Notes: generated by a model not told the origin, from the sequence alone. A stretch of 63,068 nt of DNA, filler included, from Sphacelaria rigidula (GCA_964200075.2; 9 parts of 9 records of this genome joined end to end with filler, not necessarily neighbours in it); one strand, 5' to 3'; numbered from the whole stretch's first letter, positions 1-14,038 are shown. Numbers and translations are program-made.

Positions 1-64
1 GTTAGGAGCCCCTGAACTAGACATAATTTCGCGAAAAAAGTGCACCCCTACCGTAGCATTGCTC
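1..64. mobile_element. Terminal fragment of the GAG...CTC MITE family seen complete at 30356-30662
   Basis: AAAAAAGTGCACCCCTACCGTAGCATTGCTC (about 34-64) matches both TIRs of the 30356-30662 element. Confidence 0.65.
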
Positions 65-3000
65 CTGCAGTGTTACGGTTACAGCCGCGCTACTCATGCT
101 TCTACGGTTCCCCTTTCTACTGCCGTTGATGGCATTATTGTTGTCTCAATTTTGCACGTTGCCTATTATGGGTTGCTATAATGGCAATGCGATACTTGTA
201 ATGGAGCACCGCACAACTGATGCGCCACTTCAATACCCCACCACTACCGGAGGGTTTGTCAAGGGGACCACGTATCATCTGGCAGTGCATCAAGGCTCAT
301 GATTTCCATTGTAGTGTGGTGACGCGGTAATATATCGTGTTCAAACTTGTCCTGTGTTCCGATATGGGACGTCCGATTGAGGGACGGATAGCGCCGAGAT
401 GAGAGGGTGTCGTGCGCTTGTCGCGTTGACGAAGGGACGTGCCAGAATTTCCGCCGCAAAAAGAAGCTCGTGAGCCGATACGCCCCTTGCATCGAAGTTG
501 TTGCAGTATCATCCCACCCTACATAGCATGTCTATCTTACACAAACTACAAAAGATCGCTATCACATACGCAGCGCATATCTTGAAATGGAAACTCTCGC
601 ATGAACTTACTGCTCCCAAAGCTCTTCGCGATGAGCTCCTGGCGGCAAGCGCTACCCTGATATAATTCTAGGCATAACTAAACGACCGATAGGGCGGTCG
701 TCAGAAGTTGACTTGCAATGCTGCACGAGCCGGGCGTCAAGCTTTCGAGATCTGCTTGATGCTGGTTCAAACACTTTCAATGTACTGCACCGCACACAAT
801 GTAATACGTGGCATAACAGTCGCAACACCGCGATTGCTCGACGCAAGCACCGTTTTCCTTTACCGAGGGCATACGCTGAGTTAATCCCACAAGACTCGTC
901 TAACTCACCGCTGACAACACGGTGCGGTTTGATGAGCAGACGTCGAAGCTCAGCGCGATGCCTGGTGACGCACTACTGCTGACTTCGCTTGCCGCCAGCG
1001 GGATGACTTCGCCGAATGCAAGCTTGGAGACAACAGAACAGCAACAGTAGTGTGTCACTTTTACTGCTGCTTCCAACGAGGGAAATCATCACATTCCATC
1101 GCAAGACCACGACTCTTTCCGCACGCCCGTCGAGGAGAAAGAGCAAATTTCGAGAGCATCAGCTATGTCCTTCGGGAATATGGCCGATCAAAGCCTTGCG
1201 TCTTTGTGTGAAAGCCTGGACACACAAGAACTACTCCGCACCGTCGACCAACCCGCGCAGAAGGTGGGTCGTCCAGAAGAGAACGAAAAGAGTGAGCGAA
1301 CACTTTCTTCCCTCTGTTTAGCAGGTACATAATCCTTGTGCAATACGCCCGTCGTTTGCCTATAGTCGCTTAGTGGCACGATGATCATTGATTCATGGAT
1401 AGATTTTTGCCCATTGACTGATCCGCTACGAATGCAGTTGTGTCCACAAGACACACGTACCCAAGGTAGTAAAACCGAAGCACTCACTGAAGGGAACCCT
1501 GAAGTCGAACAGCATCGAAGTTCATACGTCGAGTTTTTGTTGAGTGGGCTCGACTTTTGATGGAATTTCGTACAGGAGTGTTTACATCGCCAGATAGACC
1601 ACAAAGCAATCTCATGCAGCAGTAGAGTGACTGTGGTGCAAATAGGTCACCCGTCCCGTAGGTGGTACACGAAATATATCGAACGGGGCAGTAAGAAGGC
1701 CAATAGACTGGACTTTCTCTATGAGCAAGCCCCCGTCCTGCCAGAAGATCACGTGTATCGGAAATGATCGACGACGTATCCCCCGCCACCCAACCCTCGG
1801 CGGCGTGACTAATGTATATACGGTATTCACCCCGTCAAACTGGACGGTGTCCACTTGTTGTTTTGTATAGTGGATACATTCAAATATATTGTCGTTCCTG
1901 GCTTCCAACTTCAGGTTTCACCTTTTTGCCCTCCGCCACCAGCGTACAGAGGCCGTCGACGGGGCGAGAGAGCAAAACACATGGCGATGCTGCTGTCCAG
2001 CAAAGGTAGGTACACTGAGCGTATACCGAATGCAATGGCGGAGTGCGTTTGGTGGACCCTTAGTCATCTATCATGTGGGTCCACCATTGTCAACGGGCTG
2101 ATCGAATGCATAAATGTATGTGTAAGTTTATGGCAGAAAGGACCACGGAAACCCCCCAGGAATAACGCATGTACACGGCAGTTTTGATGATACACGGAAA
2201 TCAATCGCGATACTACACGAGCCAAGGGTGAATTTCTCGTGGTATAGATTCGACCAATTTCATTCGTAAATAGACCGACAAAATTGGTGGGCGGACTAGT
2301 GCAAATTCCGGCTGCAGGAGTTACACGGTCATGCAATCGGGTTTTACTTGATCTTGTGAATACACAAGCAGTAGTTTGCTTTCGACGATGTGTAGGGTGG
2401 GATAAGCCTGATGGGGCACGAGATATAGAGTGGTGCGATGGCAGGGGTGCACGTTTTTTTCTGGGGCGCTTCACTCTAGGAGCCCTTCAGTGAGAAAAAT
2501 CTGGGCCAAAATGTGCAACCATCGGACTTTGTTTGGCGGACGCGAATCCCTCCCGTGACCCCACTCTATACACGTCACACCTGAATATGCATATATTCTG
2601 GAACGGTAGGCTTACAACTAAAGGAATCCGGTCTTCAGCATAAGGTGTGTGCAGATAATGCCCCAAATCGTGGTCACCAGCTGCTGGGCCAGGAAACGCA
2701 CCGTCTGTCTCGCACCCTCTCTCAAGCCTAGACTCCACGTTTCCAGCTGCGTACACAAAGACCTCAATATGCTTGGTCTCCAACTTGCAACCAACCAACA
2801 CGCTAATCGAATATGCTCACGCTCTGTCATGAACAAGATTGATGCAGGATATAGCGCGGCACAAGTAGCATCAACCATGTTGAGGTTGCGGGGCATTATC
2901 ATGGCCAATCAGAGGAATAGTGTCTGATGACATAGGTTATGCGAGTACAATATGCTTCACGCGCAGACAAACGAGCTATGCATCGCCCACGTCGGTCAGT

Positions 3001-3543
3001 CAGTCTTGGTTCTGGGTGCCCACGGTCAGAGTGCGTTGCTCTGGGGGTTCGCATAAGTGTATGTGGTGAGTCCGTGTGTATGGTATTGAGTGGGAGAGAT
3101 TGAGGGTGTGTTATTGGGTAGCATAGTGTGAATGATTGAGGTACATTGGCTGAACAAGCAGAGTGTGACAACGAGATAATCAAAATGCTATATACAGTAC
3201 TACTGTTGTTTGCCTGAATCGGGCCACTGACTACTGTTCACACACTTGATTTGTGTGGACGGTTACACCCGCGTCAGAGCGGTTTATTGTACGCTTACGA
3301 TCCGTCGATTCCCCGTTAATTAGTCCCCAATCCACGAAACACTGATGGAGCCCAAGCACCCCATTCGCCCCGATTCACTGTGCTCTGCCTGCGGTTGCCA
3401 CATCTACGTTTCACTCCGACAGGAATTTCAGACTCCTGTTCGTGCCCGGGAGTGGTCTCGACCTTAGGCCACGGGCAACGACAAACACCCCGGAATACTT
3501 CTGCTCGTATTTCCCACAATCACCACCATCACCACTATGTCAG

Positions 3544-5434
3544 GCCTGATCCAGATTGCTTGGTGTTTCGCGGCGCCGTGCCGATGTTGGAGATACGCGG
3601 ATATCTCGGCGGCGCTACTCAAGGACGCAGATTTGACAGCACCCCAGGAGCAGGTGCCGCTGGCGACATGACCAAGGATGCCACGATGGCGTCACCCGAG
3701 TATGTGAGTCCCCACCACGGTGATAGTGATGACAATGGTGGTGTCTCAGGAGGATATTGTACAGGTGGAGGCTATGGTGACGATTGTCGAAACCAGGGCC
3801 AAGATGAAGAAATATTGGGGCCTGAAAATCGAAGCACAAGTCCGCGACTTTGCGCCACAGACGCGCACGATGAATTGAGTGGAAAACACGGGAGTTCCAG
3901 TCGACACCCGTTGTCGGGCACTACCACCTCCACCACAACCACCACCACAACCGTCAACAACAGTAACGACAACAGCAACGGCGACAATCACGCGTCAGCA
4001 GGACAGCAGCGAACGCGATCGGGTTGTAGAAGTAAGAATGCGAAGCTCAACATCGAACCGGAATTCTGCAGGCGTAGAGTAGGATGGGGGGCCAACTTCA
4101 TGCTCAAGAACAATTGCCGCTCCCGACGAGGTGGAAAAATACACTACGGGGGAAGAAGAACGACGGCCCTCGGCCAACGGCCTGTTCCCGTGAAGGAAGG
4201 CTGCCTTGAGGTTGTCAGAGGGGAAAGCGTAACTCCGAAGGTCGAGCGAGGAGATAAGGATGAATTGCGAGAATTTGAATCCACCGGGACCGTCCACCGT
4301 GCCGACACTTCTTCAGGTGCCCATCGTGGTGCAATAGACAAGGTGCAGGAGCAGAAGCACGATAAACCGTTAGCAGTATCAGTAAACACTGCAGAGCATG
4401 GGCAAGAGTACGTCGTCAGCTATGAGTCCACGACAACAAGACACGGCACCAGAAGTTATCCGGGGGGCCATGATTGTATTCCAGTGGCAGCAGACGAGTT
4501 CTCTTATCCGCGTCGTTCTGTGGTAGCCGTACAAGCCACGAGTCAATGCGGGTGCCATTCCGGCGGCTTCCGACAGGAGGACGAGACAGCTTGCCGCTTC
4601 AGCAGGAACAACTTAACCCGTTCGGGAAGTAGTAGCGTTCGGTCGTTTCAGAATAGGAGGAGAACGTCGAGTCGACGAGTCGTTCGAAATAACCGAGAAT
4701 CAGATTCGTTCTTTTCCTCAGTGATCATTAATGTACTTGGCACCAACCATGGCAACGGTTGTGATGACGCTGACGTGGCTAGAGACGAGGAGGATAATGA
4801 AGACAATGTCTTAGGCTGGCCATGGCGACGCCCAACGTCAGCCGGTCTGAGATACTTCACAAAGCATTTGCTTGTCCACTGCGAAAGGAATGGGCTGCCT
4901 TGCCGCAGTCCACCCACTCGGCGCAGGGCAGTGACACAGCGGCATCAATTGCGTAGCGCAGACAATTGTAATGGGGATTGTGGTGTCGCTGCTATTAATT
5001 ACGATGCCAAGGATTATGACGATGGTGGAGGTGGTGGTAGAGGTGGTGGTGAAGGCGGTGTCTATGAAGACGATGGTGTTGATGATGACATCCCTGCTGA
5101 ATCATTTCGAAGGAAGGAAATGAGCAAGGTTGGCGGAAGAGTGATGGTGGAAGAGATGAGGAGACCATCATCTCGGTATCAAAAAACGAAAAGGGCAGCT
5201 GGTGTTACCCAGTGCACGGAGCACATGCCACACGGAAACACGGTGTTTGAAAATGGAAATGCGGCAGGAGTGGATTTGAACCTGCCGCGAGAGTGTTGTA
5301 CGGCACCGGCGACAGCTCTGGAGTATGACACAGCCGCGGAGGCAGCAACAGCTACAGCCTCGAACGACTTTTTGATGCCTTCGAGGACGACATCACCATC
5401 GGTGAAAAATGTCAAACAACGCATGCATGCGATG
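3544..5434 (+). CDS. Large internal exon of an unknown gene; low-complexity, probably disordered (G/D/T/S/R-rich)
   Basis: Lies within the 695-codon ORF 3380-5467. Plausible acceptor ...actatgtCAG at 3541-3543 and canonical donor ATG|GTGAGT at 5435. No domain recognised. Confidence 0.6.
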
Positions 5435-6552
5435 GTGAGTACGTTTCAACACACACCAATGTCCTGAGCATCATACGGTTGGTGGGAGACGACTTCTTGC
5501 TTTGAGAGATAACCTACACGCGCTGTCTACTGCCTGTCAGTAGTATTACTAAATATCGGGGCGATGACTCGCCCGTACAGTACGATTGATAACCGCTTTG
5601 CTGTTTGTTTGAATGGCTGATTGATTGATTGTCGCACTTTAACTGACCCCCCAGAGATCCAGCCGTGGTCAACTGATGGACAAACCCAAGACAGAACAAA
5701 ACTGAAACACTCGATGAAGAAACAAAAAGAAACAGAAATAAAACAGAGTAGACTACAAAAAAAGCCGAAGAAAGAAAAAGAAACACGAGGGGATGAAAGA
5801 AGTACGCTGTGTTCAGTCGTATTTCTATGTAGGGGGCAACTGCCTGGGCGCAACTCGTATACATGCAATTTTCGGAATAGAAGTGGCAGTGCGGCGAACG
5901 GGTCAGCGATTGCTCCAAACAGGTAACCGTTATCCATGGGGCAACATATATATATATATATATGAAGACTTGGATCCTTTTCCTTTGGTTTCTAGCCCTC
6001 GCAGTTTCACCGTACATTTTCGATTTCCTGATTTTCACGAAAATATCGAGTGTATTAGTGTCTAATATATTTTGCACACTTGAGCAACCTGTGTGGACTA
6101 AATTAGATTTTCGAGCGCGGTGTGCATGGTTTACGCAACATTTTTTAAAACTCCGCCTTGTTATTCCCCCAAGGAATGACCTCGGTTGAGCACACGCTTC
6201 ACATTGGAAAAACTGCAGGTGCTGATTCATGTACAGTCTACCCCGCTTTAAGGACGCTCCTAGTAAGGAAACTCCCCGCTATAAGGACGTGTTTTTTTCT
6301 CAAACCAGGGGGCCCGACAGAAAGTACAACTATAGAAGGGTATGTACTATTTTCTACTCTGCGGGCTCCTTTTCTCACCTCTGGTGGGCTAGTTCAGACA
6401 CACGCACACGACGACTAGCGCGCGGTCTGCTGCTTCGGTTGGTATGAAGAGGTTCCTTTTATCTGCCGAAGGTTAACATCTAAATTTAAGTGGGAAATGG
6501 TTCGACAACAAGGGTTGCTCATTGTGTCTGTGGTGCTGATTGTTTCAAGGGC

Positions 6553-6919
6553 GTGTTGAGTAGAGTATATACTTTCGGATACTCGGGTAGAAATACCCGA
6601 GTATCTACTCTACTCAACGATTGAGTAGCTTGAGCACGGCATTCAGTACTCTACTCAAATTTTGAGTACAGAAAGTACGACATTAAATACTCTACTCAAA
6701 TTTTGAGTACCAAAAGTACGACATCAAATACTCTACTCAAATGTTGGGTAAGCCCTCTCAGTACTACTCGGGTATAGAGTACCGCTTGGGTATAGCCTCT
6801 ATACTCTACTCAAATTTTGAGTATCGAAAGTATGATCTCGAATACTCTACTCAAATTTTGAGTATCAAAAGTATGATATCTCATACTCTACTCAAGTATT
6901 GAGTAAATATTCTCAGCAC
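6553..6919. repeat. Array of ~41-bp units with palindromic core TACTCAAATTTTGAGTA; probable DNA-transposon subterminal repeats, cut by the contig end
   Basis: About 7 copies of TACTCTACTCAA. The sequence between copies is conserved (cagaaagtacgacattaaa / ccaaaagtacgacatcaaa / tcgaaagtatgatctcgaa). Confidence 0.8.
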
Positions 6920-7019
6920 NNNNNNNNNNNNNNNNNNNNNNNNNNNNNNNNNNNNNNNNNNNNTTAATTAATTAANNNNNNNNNNNNNNNNNNNNNNNNN
7001 NNNNNNNNNNNNNNNNNNN
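6920..7019. other. Artificial contig linker (N44-TTAATTAATTAA-N44); same linker at 13939-14038, 20958-21057, 27977-28076, 34996-35095, 42015-42114, 49033-49132, 56051-56150
   Basis: An identical 100-bp spacer with stops in all six frames occurs 8 times. The segments between are all 6918-6919 bp, consistent with length-sorted concatenated contigs. Confidence 0.97.
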
Positions 7020-8032
7020 GTCAGGGAAAGCACGGCTTTTGAGTTGAACCTCATATTTTTTTTCAACCCCATTTTCGAGAATCGGCTGTTAGCATGTTGT
7101 TTGTGGCAGTCGTCTATTATTGGTTCCTGGAGGGTTGATGCTTTCTTTCAACACAACCATGTCCTGCGCTGCACAGAATTTACCTGTTCTTCATCTCCAG
7201 ACCCCCACATACAGCGCTCAGGGCGAAATTCCATCCCGCTATGGCCCATCCTGAGGCCACTTCGACGCCAATAATAGAGGCTGCCCCAAAAAATAGTGGT
7301 ACGGTCATCCTGGGATCTGGAGAGGGTGATCGACGACCCGAAGATACATGATAGACATCAAGAACAGGAGCAGTGCAACCGCCAACCGGGTTCCGGGTTT
7401 GTCATCACGTGCAGCATAGACAGCATGTTTCGCCGAAACGGTGTTGCACGAATTGCACTGCGTTGCACAGCATGTTCCCTCGCACGAAAGGACAAGTATC
7501 AACCGGCCAGCATTGTAATGAATAGAGGCGAAGCTTTTCAGTCACCGTAAAACATATATGAAGGGAAAAAACGAAATAATAGACTTCGCATATCTTTCCA
7601 AGATCCACTTTAGATCCACTTTAGATCCACCTATAAAAAACGAGGTCGGCAGAAAAAAACATATAGATACATATATATATATTATAAATCTGAGATCCGC
7701 GGTTAAAGATCGGGACAAAGGATATCGTGTGAAGAAAAAAGGTCAAGATACGATCAAAATGTTCTAGGTTCAATTGACACCCACGTATAAAAAGCAGAGG
7801 ACAACAGGGAAAATGTATACATATATCGAGGGGCACGTGGTTTTTGGTTGGTTCGGGATTTTTGATGAACGGATCTGGTGGCGGGGTTGGGATGGGGTTA
7901 AGGTTACACTTTTTCGGGGGAGTTTGTTAACGGGCCGACGGTACAATCTAAGATCCGTTGGAACAACGAAAGAAAAGATTCATCGCAAATCCCTGAAGAA
8001 CAGCGACGAAAAGAAGCCCATACCCGAAACCC

Positions 8033-8067
<35 letters not shown>

Positions 8068-8932
8068 GCATGGACACCGCAGTTTGACAAGTCATCCAAG
8101 TTAGCATCGCTGCTGTATACTAGAAGTATCAAAAGGCACAAGGAAACCTACACTCGGGGCGGCTGCATGTAATTCTGAACTCACGCTATCTATTGCGGCG
8201 GCGGTGTTCGTAGCTAGTTTCCCAGAAATCGTGAAATGAATGCAGCGCCTGGTGGGAAAACTGATGGGGTATGTTCCTACTACAACGTCAGTAGTATTGG
8301 CTGAAGAAGCACAGGAAAGCGATATCTGCGAAGATCCTCGGCGTGGCAATCCAACGGGACAACAGTCGTCTTCGATCCTCAAAATACAACGAGGAATGCA
8401 AGATCCCGCCCGGACTGTGCTGTAGCGTATGTAGTTTGTCGAGCAAAGGGCTCACAAGAAAGCCTGCACTCGTAGCGGCTGCATATGCTATGCTATTGCC
8501 GTATGTATTTGTAGCAAAGTACTCTCCCGGGAAGCATGAAACAAAGGCTTTGCCTGACGGAAACGCTTCTGGGGATACCTATCACACATCAGTAGTGTTC
8601 ACTGCCACAAGCCCAACGAATAACTTTACCGCTATTCGTAGTACATCTGTTTGTACAGTACTTGTATCTGTGATACAACAACCCATCAGTCGGACGTGTG
8701 GAGCAGAGGCCGCCTATTGCATGCACGTCTGGAAGCATGGGCGATCTTAGATTCGCACATCACTTACTCACCAAGTTGCACTCCTTATGTGAGCGGATCC
8801 ACACATGCTCCCGCGCGTGTGTGTGTGTGGGGGGGGGTCGCGGTACTGTGTGCTACAACGCGCGAGGTGTCGCGCAGAAGGGAAAGGGTTTGCTATAGAA
8901 GTTGCGTTGTTTGTTATTACGCCGCATGCGCT

Positions 8933-9087
8933 CTGACGGTTGGATCGTGGATCCAAATCTCGGCGAAGTCACATGATCTAGGATTTTTTTCTCCCATCAT
9001 GGCCGACAGTTGACAGCGACTATGTTGTGGGTACTGTACCCACAATTCGACTTCATGGTCGACCAGGGAAAGGGACTGCCGAACCCT
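8933..9087 (+). mobile_element. Degenerate partial copy of the tRNA-derived SINE at 44031-44579
   Basis: ctgacggttggatcgtggatccaaatctcg...catgatctaggatttt and cagcgactatgttgtgggtactgtac...tcgacttcatggtcg align with the reverse complement of about 44320-44540. Confidence 0.7.
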
Positions 9088-12000
9088 TTTCGCGATAAAA
9101 AATCAAGGCAAGTCCGGCAGGAACGAAGGTGGAGTACTAAAAAAAGAGAGAGAGACCTTCCTCCTGTGTACCCCCGGCTGCTGCGCCATTATACACACAT
9201 ACTGTATATCATCAAGAGGTGTACAGTGGGTGGCGTCCAGAATAGAGGAGATGACAACACACACACACACATGAGCGCGATCTTTACAAAAATCTTTCCA
9301 TGCGGTGAGCATCATCACTGTTGTATCGACGGCGGTACAAATATCACCAGATAGATGGAACGCGTTACCGTGCGTGCACGATGACAAGAATAGTTGCGAA
9401 CTCCACAGCCTAAATGCTTCCCCCGCGAAGACAGCATCGTTTGATCTCTGATCCTTCTGCATGCATAAATGAAAGTCGACCGCGACCGCGAAGCGTGTTC
9501 TGGTCGATGCGGCATCAAATATGTTGCTGAATATATCTTGACTTATCTATCGCGGGTAATCCTGCCTGGCATGATCATGATATATAGTACCCCAAGTTTG
9601 AAATGGAAAAGGCCTAAGTTGGGATTTTTCTCGCATATACTCTTCGATAGAAGTTGAATTTACTAGCGTCGATATATTTTGGTAAAATAAACAGATCTCC
9701 TCTTTCCCCCCCCCCCAGTGCCCAGGTTAGTGCTAGTCGATGTTATCGGGCGATACGATCGTAGATACCCAATTTATCAGGAGGGTGCTATTGACCGTGA
9801 AACACAGTAATTCGGCTCTCGTGCAATGAGTAGGTACAATTTGAAAAAACAAGCGTTTTTATTTCTTCACAAACACGATCGGGATAGGCTCACTTGACCG
9901 ACAATACCGAAGAGTCAGATTCTGGGCTGAAAAGTGGCAGGACCTCTGATGACCGGTCAGCCCGTAAGTCACTCGATATTGAATACAGTTTTTTTTCCCT
10001 TGGAATGTGGAGCGGATACTAGTATCTTCAGGTCCTCAATGTGATGAGCGGTGGCGAGCGAAAGAACCGAAGAAAATCACCAATCACGAAGGAATCACCC
10101 GAATTTCCCACTTCAAACTTGTGGTATTGTACGTCGTTCAAGCCTCCATGGAAGCGCCTCATACTATTTCGAAGCAGTCGACTATGCGATGTCAATCACA
10201 GCATGCTTTCTCGACTCGTGTTTGGCCCAAAAAGTGCGCATGGCGTAAATTGGACGAATATTGGCAAACGCCAACACAACAAGAAGGATTTCCTCAACCG
10301 TACAACCAACCTGGAGTGCGCCGCGCGCTCTAATAGGTCATCGACGCACTTCCATCATTCCGCACTATCGTGGGACACGGAACACAACCTGGTGTGGCAG
10401 GATAGTATAAAGACGGGTGATTTTTCAACATGGTAGTTGCCGAGGATGACTTTTCTTTAGGATGAGTCTTAGGATCCTCCATAAGCATAGAAACATTTTC
10501 GAAAGCAACGTGAAATGGCAACACACGGCCATGATGTCTAGCCTCGCTCATCCTAAAATAAAAAATCTTCAGGTTGTAAGATTCCGTATTGTTGAAAGGG
10601 GATTCTTGCCAATGAGAACATGTTTCCCTACGAGAATAGACGGAGGTCGAAATTGTTCGGTAGACACACACTAAGGTTTACAAGTTGCGGATGGATTGAG
10701 AATGAGCGAGGCCACACACGACGGCAGGAGAGATCATTTGATTTTACTTCGAAGATTCTTCGATACTTACGGAGGTTCCCCAGGTCCATCTTGAAAAAAA
10801 TCAATCTTCAACTTGTAGGTCAGTACACGTTGACGGCGATTCAACGCGAAAATCTAGAGACCCCAAAATCGAGCTGGATTGCAATAAACACGGGATTTTA
10901 CAAATTGGGGATGTTTTTATTTTTGTCGGATGAGTGAGGCCACACATCATGGTCGGATAGTGCGTTTTATTTGCCTTTTGTTCTCGAGAATATGTCGATG
11001 CTTCTTTAGGTTCCCAAGGTTCGTGTTGAAAAAAATCCATCCTCAAATTGTAACATCCTGTGTTCACTTCGACCACCAGGTCGTACTTCGTGTCCAAAAA
11101 GTGAACTTGTCCAATCAAGCGTCGCTGCACTATGCTGTCGCCCCGACGCGTTTTCACGGAGGGTTGGAACATAGTTCCCGCGAGATTCGTCTGCAATTCT
11201 CGTGAAAAATATCGGGACCTTTCCCGTGAAGACGGGATGGGACGAGAATACCTGCTCTGTCCCGTTCCGTTGGTTCCCACAATGATTCCATCCCGTCCAG
11301 TCTCGTGTGGAAGTCGTGTGATAAGCCCTATAATACTCTTTGTTTTCAGGGCTATACCACCCTCCCCTTGCCCAACCCGCGCTTCTCAACGGGTTCGTCC
11401 TCACCATCTTTGCATGCTCTTATTTATGATTTTCACGCCCCTCTTGCCCCGTCAACGTGATGGCCCCTTGTTAGTGCCGCCGCGCTCTGGTGGCAGGATG
11501 GGTACGATTGAAATCATTCAGGTAGGTCGGAAAAATACAGATTCGATTCCCACCATATGCGCTCGTTGCTTTTTCTCAGGAATATTCAACTTCCGTAGTT
11601 AAACACGAGAGGGCGTCAGTCGCAAAGGAAGCTTATTTGACGCGTGTCAACCAGGTACGGGAGTGCTCATCTAATCCGCGACACCAAAATGTAAGAGCGT
11701 GTACCGGGTGAGAGAAGGGTTGATCGCTGGAGCCGCAGACTCATTCCCACGAAGGGGAAGGGTTCAAGGTGTGACGAAAAAAAATGTAGTAGAGCGGATA
11801 GCACGGGCCGTCGAATTGTTAGGACGCGTGACTTTCCCGACGCTCAGCCGCAAAGAGGCGTTTAATATTGTCTTCTCTTCATATTTTCAACATCTTCCGT
11901 TCCTTGGATGAGTCTCAGTTCAAGGAATCTAACCATCTCTCCCGCGGCATGTGTGTAGCATTTTGAGATCGCAAATTCGCTCAGCACTCCCGCACGGGGT

Positions 12001-13668
12001 CGGCTTCGTCAAACAAGATTTTCTCTTCTACTGACGTCCTCAGGTGGTGAGCAACGGAGATGTGATACTGTCCTTCTCAGGAAACAGCATCTCCTCCGAG
12101 ATCCGAGCTCTCGACCTTCCGCCCTCACCGGCTTGACGTGTGCCTGTCAGACCCTCTGGGCACGCGCGCATGTGTCGGATCGATTCCTCTCGTCCTGGGT
12201 CTTGCCATACGTTCCCTAGTCTTGGGTGTGGCGGCTGTGACATGACCCCATCTTCTTCAAGGATACAAACACGGTGAACAGAGGGGTATTGGGGTGGAAA
12301 CGTACCTTCCCCCTCTAGATCTTTGATTCTCAGTACCCGACGAGCGACCGCAGGCGACGAAGAAGAGCACCCATGGATGGGCAGGGTGTGTTAAGTCGAC
12401 TCTTCTTGGAAAAAATCAGATCACGACGCCGAAGGTTGTGTCGGTAGAAATATCCTGTCGAAACGCGTTCGACACGCGGGGTTTCTCCGGAGCACAGACG
12501 CTTGATTGCGACAAATATCGAAGTAGAAAAGTTTATGATCCGGGGGTGTTATTCTGTGTTGTTTACCGTACTGAGTCTATCTCCTCCCCTCACGCTCACC
12601 TCTGGGACGAGGCACCTCATTATCTTGGGATTATGGTCGTGGTGGACCTTGCACTTCAGTCGGGGGTGCGCATGTGTACCGGCTTCACCGCACATGATGG
12701 CACGCACCGACGATACTTCGGTGCATGATCAATGCCGGCCTTGCACTGAAATGTGTCGCCGCGTGACGTTGCCCGTTATCCAGAGAGATCCCAGCGTAGC
12801 TCCGTCGTTCGTTTGTCTATGGTCGGTTCGACTCCAGGTGGGTGAACACGGTTGAGTTGTGACACATATCTCCCAGCATGTACCTGCCCAAACTTGACTG
12901 TTTCGTCATCCTCGTCGCAGTTCAGGGTTTTCGCTTGTGTACATGAAGCGCTACCCACTCGCGTCTGTCAACGCGTCCTGAGACGAGGTGCCAAGCCATT
13001 GCGATAAATGGACACCCCATCATCCTATCTATGACCGATGGAACGTGTGCATCGACCCACGTTTGAACTTGGAGTGAGAAATTATATTCTGCACCCGCAG
13101 TCGGACTGAACTGTCAGGCGAGGTGCAAGGGGTATATGTACGTGGAAACAATTGAGCAATTAATTTGGCGGACGACCAAAATTAGAAGGTGAGCCTTGTT
13201 CAGGAAGCGACCGCGCCCAATTGCTCAATGAGGGTAAACTGTTCGCTTCCTAAATAAAACTTTTGGTCGCACGAGTGAGTCCTCTGGGTTTACATGTATT
13301 CTTAAAGTGAAAAAAAATGCTGATTCGGCAAACAGATGACCCTACCCAGTTGTATGAAGTCAAATGTAGAGCCGTGAAATGAGCATTGACATCCACCTCC
13401 CGCCGTGGCAGTATTTCCTTGGAACGCTCCAAGATATGGACACCGGGGTCCAACAAGTCAGTTTTTTGAGTCAACAAGATGATATCGATTCGATAGGTAG
13501 ACACCCGTCGTGGTTCAAAGGTAGGAGTGTTATGCACTTTTTTATACGATAAACTCGAAGCATAATCGCACACGATGTGTAAGGAAAACTCCATCCAGAC
13601 AAACGCGAAAATTGCGTCGTATAATATCGACTGAAAACGGGATGTTTTTTATATCTTTTTAAGCTTAA

Positions 13669-13770
13669 CCCTTGGACGGCGGTGCGGGTAGTCCATCTGG
13701 ATCACGCACACTTTTGTCGAGTGATTATTGATGCCGATTCAGCAGGTGACCTACCCTCGCCGTATGAGGG
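13669..13770. mobile_element. 102-bp piggyBac-like MITE
   Basis: TTAA on both sides (13665-13668 and 13771-13774). Termini CCCT...AGGG with an imperfect TIR (CCCTTGGACGGCG vs CCCTCATACGGCG). Homologous copies at 48626-49032. Confidence 0.75.
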
Positions 13771-14038
13771 TTAAAGTCGCTGATACCTTGGAAATAAAAT
13801 ATATTCGTACGTGATTCACCCCGATGATGATTGATGGTGATCGATAAAGTCCCGAAAAAGTCCCGAAATCAGCCCTGCCGTATTTATTTGCCCCCCCCCC
13901 CCCCCCCCCCACCCGTCCTCCCCCCTCGGTCACTGCTCNNNNNNNNNNNNNNNNNNNNNNNNNNNNNNNNNNNNNNNNNNNNTTAATTAATTAANNNNNN
14001 NNNNNNNNNNNNNNNNNNNNNNNNNNNNNNNNNNNNNN

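Noticed and set aside
5514-6230. Hydrophobic 238-aa minus-strand ORF
   Set aside because: The F/L/V richness comes from A-rich low-complexity intronic sequence and (TA)n; no domain is recognisable.
6553-6919. CRISPR array
   Set aside because: The spacers are about 19 bp and homologous to each other, no cas genes are present, and the context is eukaryotic.
6964-6975. Recurring TTAATTAATTAA as a regulatory motif
   Set aside because: It is always centred in 44+44 Ns and is an artificial six-frame-stop linker.
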